Made by a program: the position numbers and the translations under genes. Below the pieces are notes generated by a model. It searched no databases, had not been told where the DNA came from, and saw only the letters and a list, made by a program, of their open reading frames with translations. This document shows positions 60,801 through 64,000 of a stretch of 64,000 nt of DNA, one piece after another (position 1 is the first letter of the stretch; the number at the start of each line of letters is the position of its first letter). The DNA is from Auanema rhodensis (lineage: Eukaryota > Animalia > Nematoda), in assembly GCA_964057225.1 (NCBI GenBank), contig OZ059897.1, forward strand, positions 15,128,001 through 15,192,000, written 5' to 3'.

Positions 60801-63800
60801 TTTTTGAGAAAAGCGTTCATTCACGGGGCACAACGTGACTACAGCCTGAACTTTTTTGTGAACAAATCTTGTGGATGGTCTCGGTATAAACCCCATTTCC
60901 GGAAAAGGCAGAAGTCTTAGCCAAATCTCACTAGGAATTTCAGATTCTACACATCTGAATACTCAACCTCAAACTATTTTTATTAGATTTTAGTGAATGA
61001 TTTTTGAGAAAAGCGTTCATTCACGGGGCACAACGTGACTACAGCCTGAACTTTTTTGTGAACAAATCTTGTGGATGGTCTCGGTATAAACCCCATTTCC
61101 GGAAAAGGCAGAAGTCTTAGCCAAATCTCACTAGGAATTTCAGATTCTACACATCTGAATACTCAACCTCAAACTATTTTTATTAGATTTTAGTGAATGA
61201 TTTTTGAGAAAAGCGTTCATTCACGGGGCACAACGTGACTACAGCCTGAACTTTTTTGTGAACAAATCTTGTGGATGGTCTCGGTATAAACCCCATTTCC
61301 GGAAAAGGCAGAAGTCTTAGCCAAATCTCACTAGGAATTTCAGATTCTACACATCTGAATACTCAACCTCAAACTATTTTTATTAGATTTTAGTGAATGA
61401 TTTTTGAGAAAAGCGTTCATTCACGGGGCACAACGTGACTACAGCCTGAACTTTTTTGTGAACAAATCTTGTGGATGGTCTCGGTATAAACCCCATTTCC
61501 GGAAAAGGCAGAAGTCTTAGCCAAATCTCACTAGGAATTTCAGATTCTACACATCTGAATACTCAACCTCAAACTATTTTTATTAGATTTTAGTGAATGA
61601 TTTTTGAGAAAAGCGTTCATTCACGGGGCACAACGTGACTACAGCCTGAACTTTTTTGTGAACAAATCTTGTGGATGGTCTCGGTATAAACCCCATTTCC
61701 GGAAAAAGCAGAAGTCTTAGCCAAATCTCACTAGGAATTTCAGATTCTACACATCTGAATACCCAACCTCAAACTATTTTTATTAGATTTTAGTGAATGA
61801 TTTTTGAGAAAAGCGTTCATTCACGGGGCACAACGTGACTACAGCCTGAACTTTTTTGTGAACAAATCTTGTGGATGGTCTCGGTATAAACCCCATTTCC
61901 GGAAAAAGCAGAAGTCTTAGCCAAATCTCACTAGGAATTTCAGATTCTACACATCTGAATACTCAACCTCAAACTATTTTTATTAGATTTTAGTGAATGA
62001 TTTTTGAGAAAAGCGTTCATTCACGGGGCACAACGTGACTACAGCCTGAACTTTTTTGTGAACAAATCTTGTGGATGGTCTCGGTATAAACCCCATTTCC
62101 GGAAAAGGCAGAAGTCTTAGCCAAATCTCACTAGGAATTTCAGATTCTACACATCTGAATACTCAACCTCAAACTATTTTTATTAGATTTTAGTGAATGA
62201 TTTTTGAGAAAAGCGTTCATTCACGGGGCACAACGTGACTACAGCCTGAACTTTTTTGTGAACAAATCTTGTGGATGGTCTCGGTATGAACCTCATTTCC
62301 GGAAAAGGCAGAAGTCTTAGCCAAATCTCACTAGGAATTTCAGATTCTACACATCTGAATACTCAACCTCAAACTATTTTTATTAGATTTTAGTGAATGA
62401 TTTTTGAGAAAAGCGTTCATTCACGGGGCACAACGTGACTACAGCCTGAACTTTTTTGTGAACAAATCTTGTGGATGGTCTCGGTATGAACCTCATTTCC
62501 GGAAAAGGCAGAAGTCTTAGCCAAATCTCACTAGGAATTTCAGATTCTACACATCTGAATACTCAACCTCAAACTATTTTTATTAGATTTTAGTGAATGA
62601 TTTTTGAGAAAAGCGTTCATTCACCGGGCACAACGTGACTACAGCCTGAACTTTTTTGTGAACAAATCTTGTGGATGGTCTCGGTATGAACCTCATTTCC
62701 GGAAAAGGCAGAAGTCTTAGCCAAATCTCACTAGGAATTTCAGATTCTACACATCTGAATACTCAACCTCAAACTATTTTTATTAGATTTTAGTGAATGA
62801 TTTTTGAGAAAAGCGTTCATTCACCGGGCACAACGTGACTACAGCCTGAACTTTTTTGTGAACAAATCTTGTGGATGGTCTCGGTATGAACCTCATTTCC
62901 GGAAAAGGCAGAAGTCTTAGCCAAATCTCACTAGGAATTTCAGATTCTACACATCTGAATACCCAACCTCAAACTATTTTTATTAGATTTTAGTGAATAA
63001 TTTTTGAGAAAAGCGTTCATTCACCGGGCACAACGTGACTACAGCCTGAACTTTTTTGTGAACAAATCTTGTGGATGGTCTCGGTATAAACCCCTTTTCC
63101 GGAAAAGGCAGAAGTCTTAGCCAAATCTCACTAAGAATTTCAGATTCTACACATCTGAATACCCAACCTCAAACTATTTTTATTAGATTTTAGTGAATGA
63201 TTTTTGAGAAAAGCGTTCATTCACGGGGCACAACGTGACTACAGCCTGAACTTTTTTGTGAACAAATCTTGTGGATGGTCTCGGTATGAACCTCATTTCC
63301 GGAAAAGGCAGAAGTCTTAGCCAAATCTCACTAGGAATTTCAGATTCTACACATCTGAATACCCAACCTCAAACTATTTTTATTAGATTTTAGTGAATGA
63401 TTTTTGAGAAAAGCGTTCATTCACGGGGCACAACGTGACTACAGCCTGAACTTTTTTGTGAACAAATCTTGTGGATGGTCTCGGTATAAACCCCTTTTCC
63501 GGAAAAGGCAGAAGTCTTAGCCAAATCTCACTAGGAATTTCAGATTCTACACATCTGAATACCCAACCTCAAACTATTTTTATTAGATTTTAGTGAATGA
63601 TTTTTGAGAAAAGCGTTCATTCACGGGGCACAACGTGACTACAGCCTGAACTTTTTTGTGAACAAATCTTGTGGATGGTCTCGGTATGAACCTCATTTCC
63701 GGAAAAGGCAGAAGTCTTAGCCAAACCTCACTAGGAATTTCAGATTCTACACATCTGAATACTCAACCTCAAACTATTTTTAATTGATTTTAAAAAATGA

Positions 63801-64000
63801 TTTTTGAGAAAAGCGTTCATTCACGGGGCACAACGTGACTACAGCCTGAACTTTTTTGTGAACAAATCTTGTGGATGGTCTCGGTATGAACCTCATTTCC
63901 GGAAAAGGCAGAAGTCTTAGCCAAATCTCACTAGGAATTTCAGATTCTACACATCTGAATACCCAACCTCAAACTATTTTTATTAGATTTTAGTGAATGA
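39832..64000. repeat. 200-bp tandem satellite array, ~121 monomers, running off the window end
   Basis: Exact 200-bp period; monomers differ only at a few recurrent positions; one shortened 133-bp monomer at ~54031-54163; no ORFs in the track. Confidence 0.99.

Noticed and set aside
39832-64000. CRISPR array or tandem coding/rRNA genes
   Set aside because: There are no unique spacers, no ORFs and no 5S or tRNA sequence; the context is eukaryotic and this is a plain satellite.

Overview
This is nematode genomic DNA: AT-rich, ~40-60 bp GT-AG introns, TTTCAG/TTTTAG acceptors and operon-like gene spacing. It has three zones. (1) 1-30.1 kb is gene-dense: a C2HC zinc-finger/BTB gene, a Ly6/three-finger gene, SARAF, DNAJC16 (dnj-8), AIP, CHMP4 (vps-32), BTF3 (icd-1), TRAPPC13, a DB-module gene and several unknowns. 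(2) 30385-39689 is a full-length, recently inserted BEL/Pao LTR element (- strand, 5-bp TSD CTCGA). Its single open 2740-aa Gag-Pol-Env ORF includes a phlebovirus-like Gc fusogen. (3) From 39832 to the window end lies a very homogeneous 200-bp satellite array (~121 monomers). Most unusual observations: (a) almost all of U5 in the 5' LTR is replaced by a 52-nt poly(A) starting at the expected polyadenylation site. (b) The intact 3' LTR U5 carries segments complementary to the 5' end/D-arm and T-arm of tRNA-Gly, suggesting a multipartite primer-binding system that the 5' LTR has lost. (c) Rejoining the empty insertion site reveals a ~140-250 nt structured ncRNA-like locus with a 15-bp perfect stem and a cUUCGg hairpin. 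(d) An extra signal-peptide-led domain follows Gc. Also seen: a 9-nt microexon in TRAPPC13, an alternative terminal exon that splits a zinc finger, and internal structure in the satellite. Gene models and family assignments were made by eye and from memory; no database searches were run.
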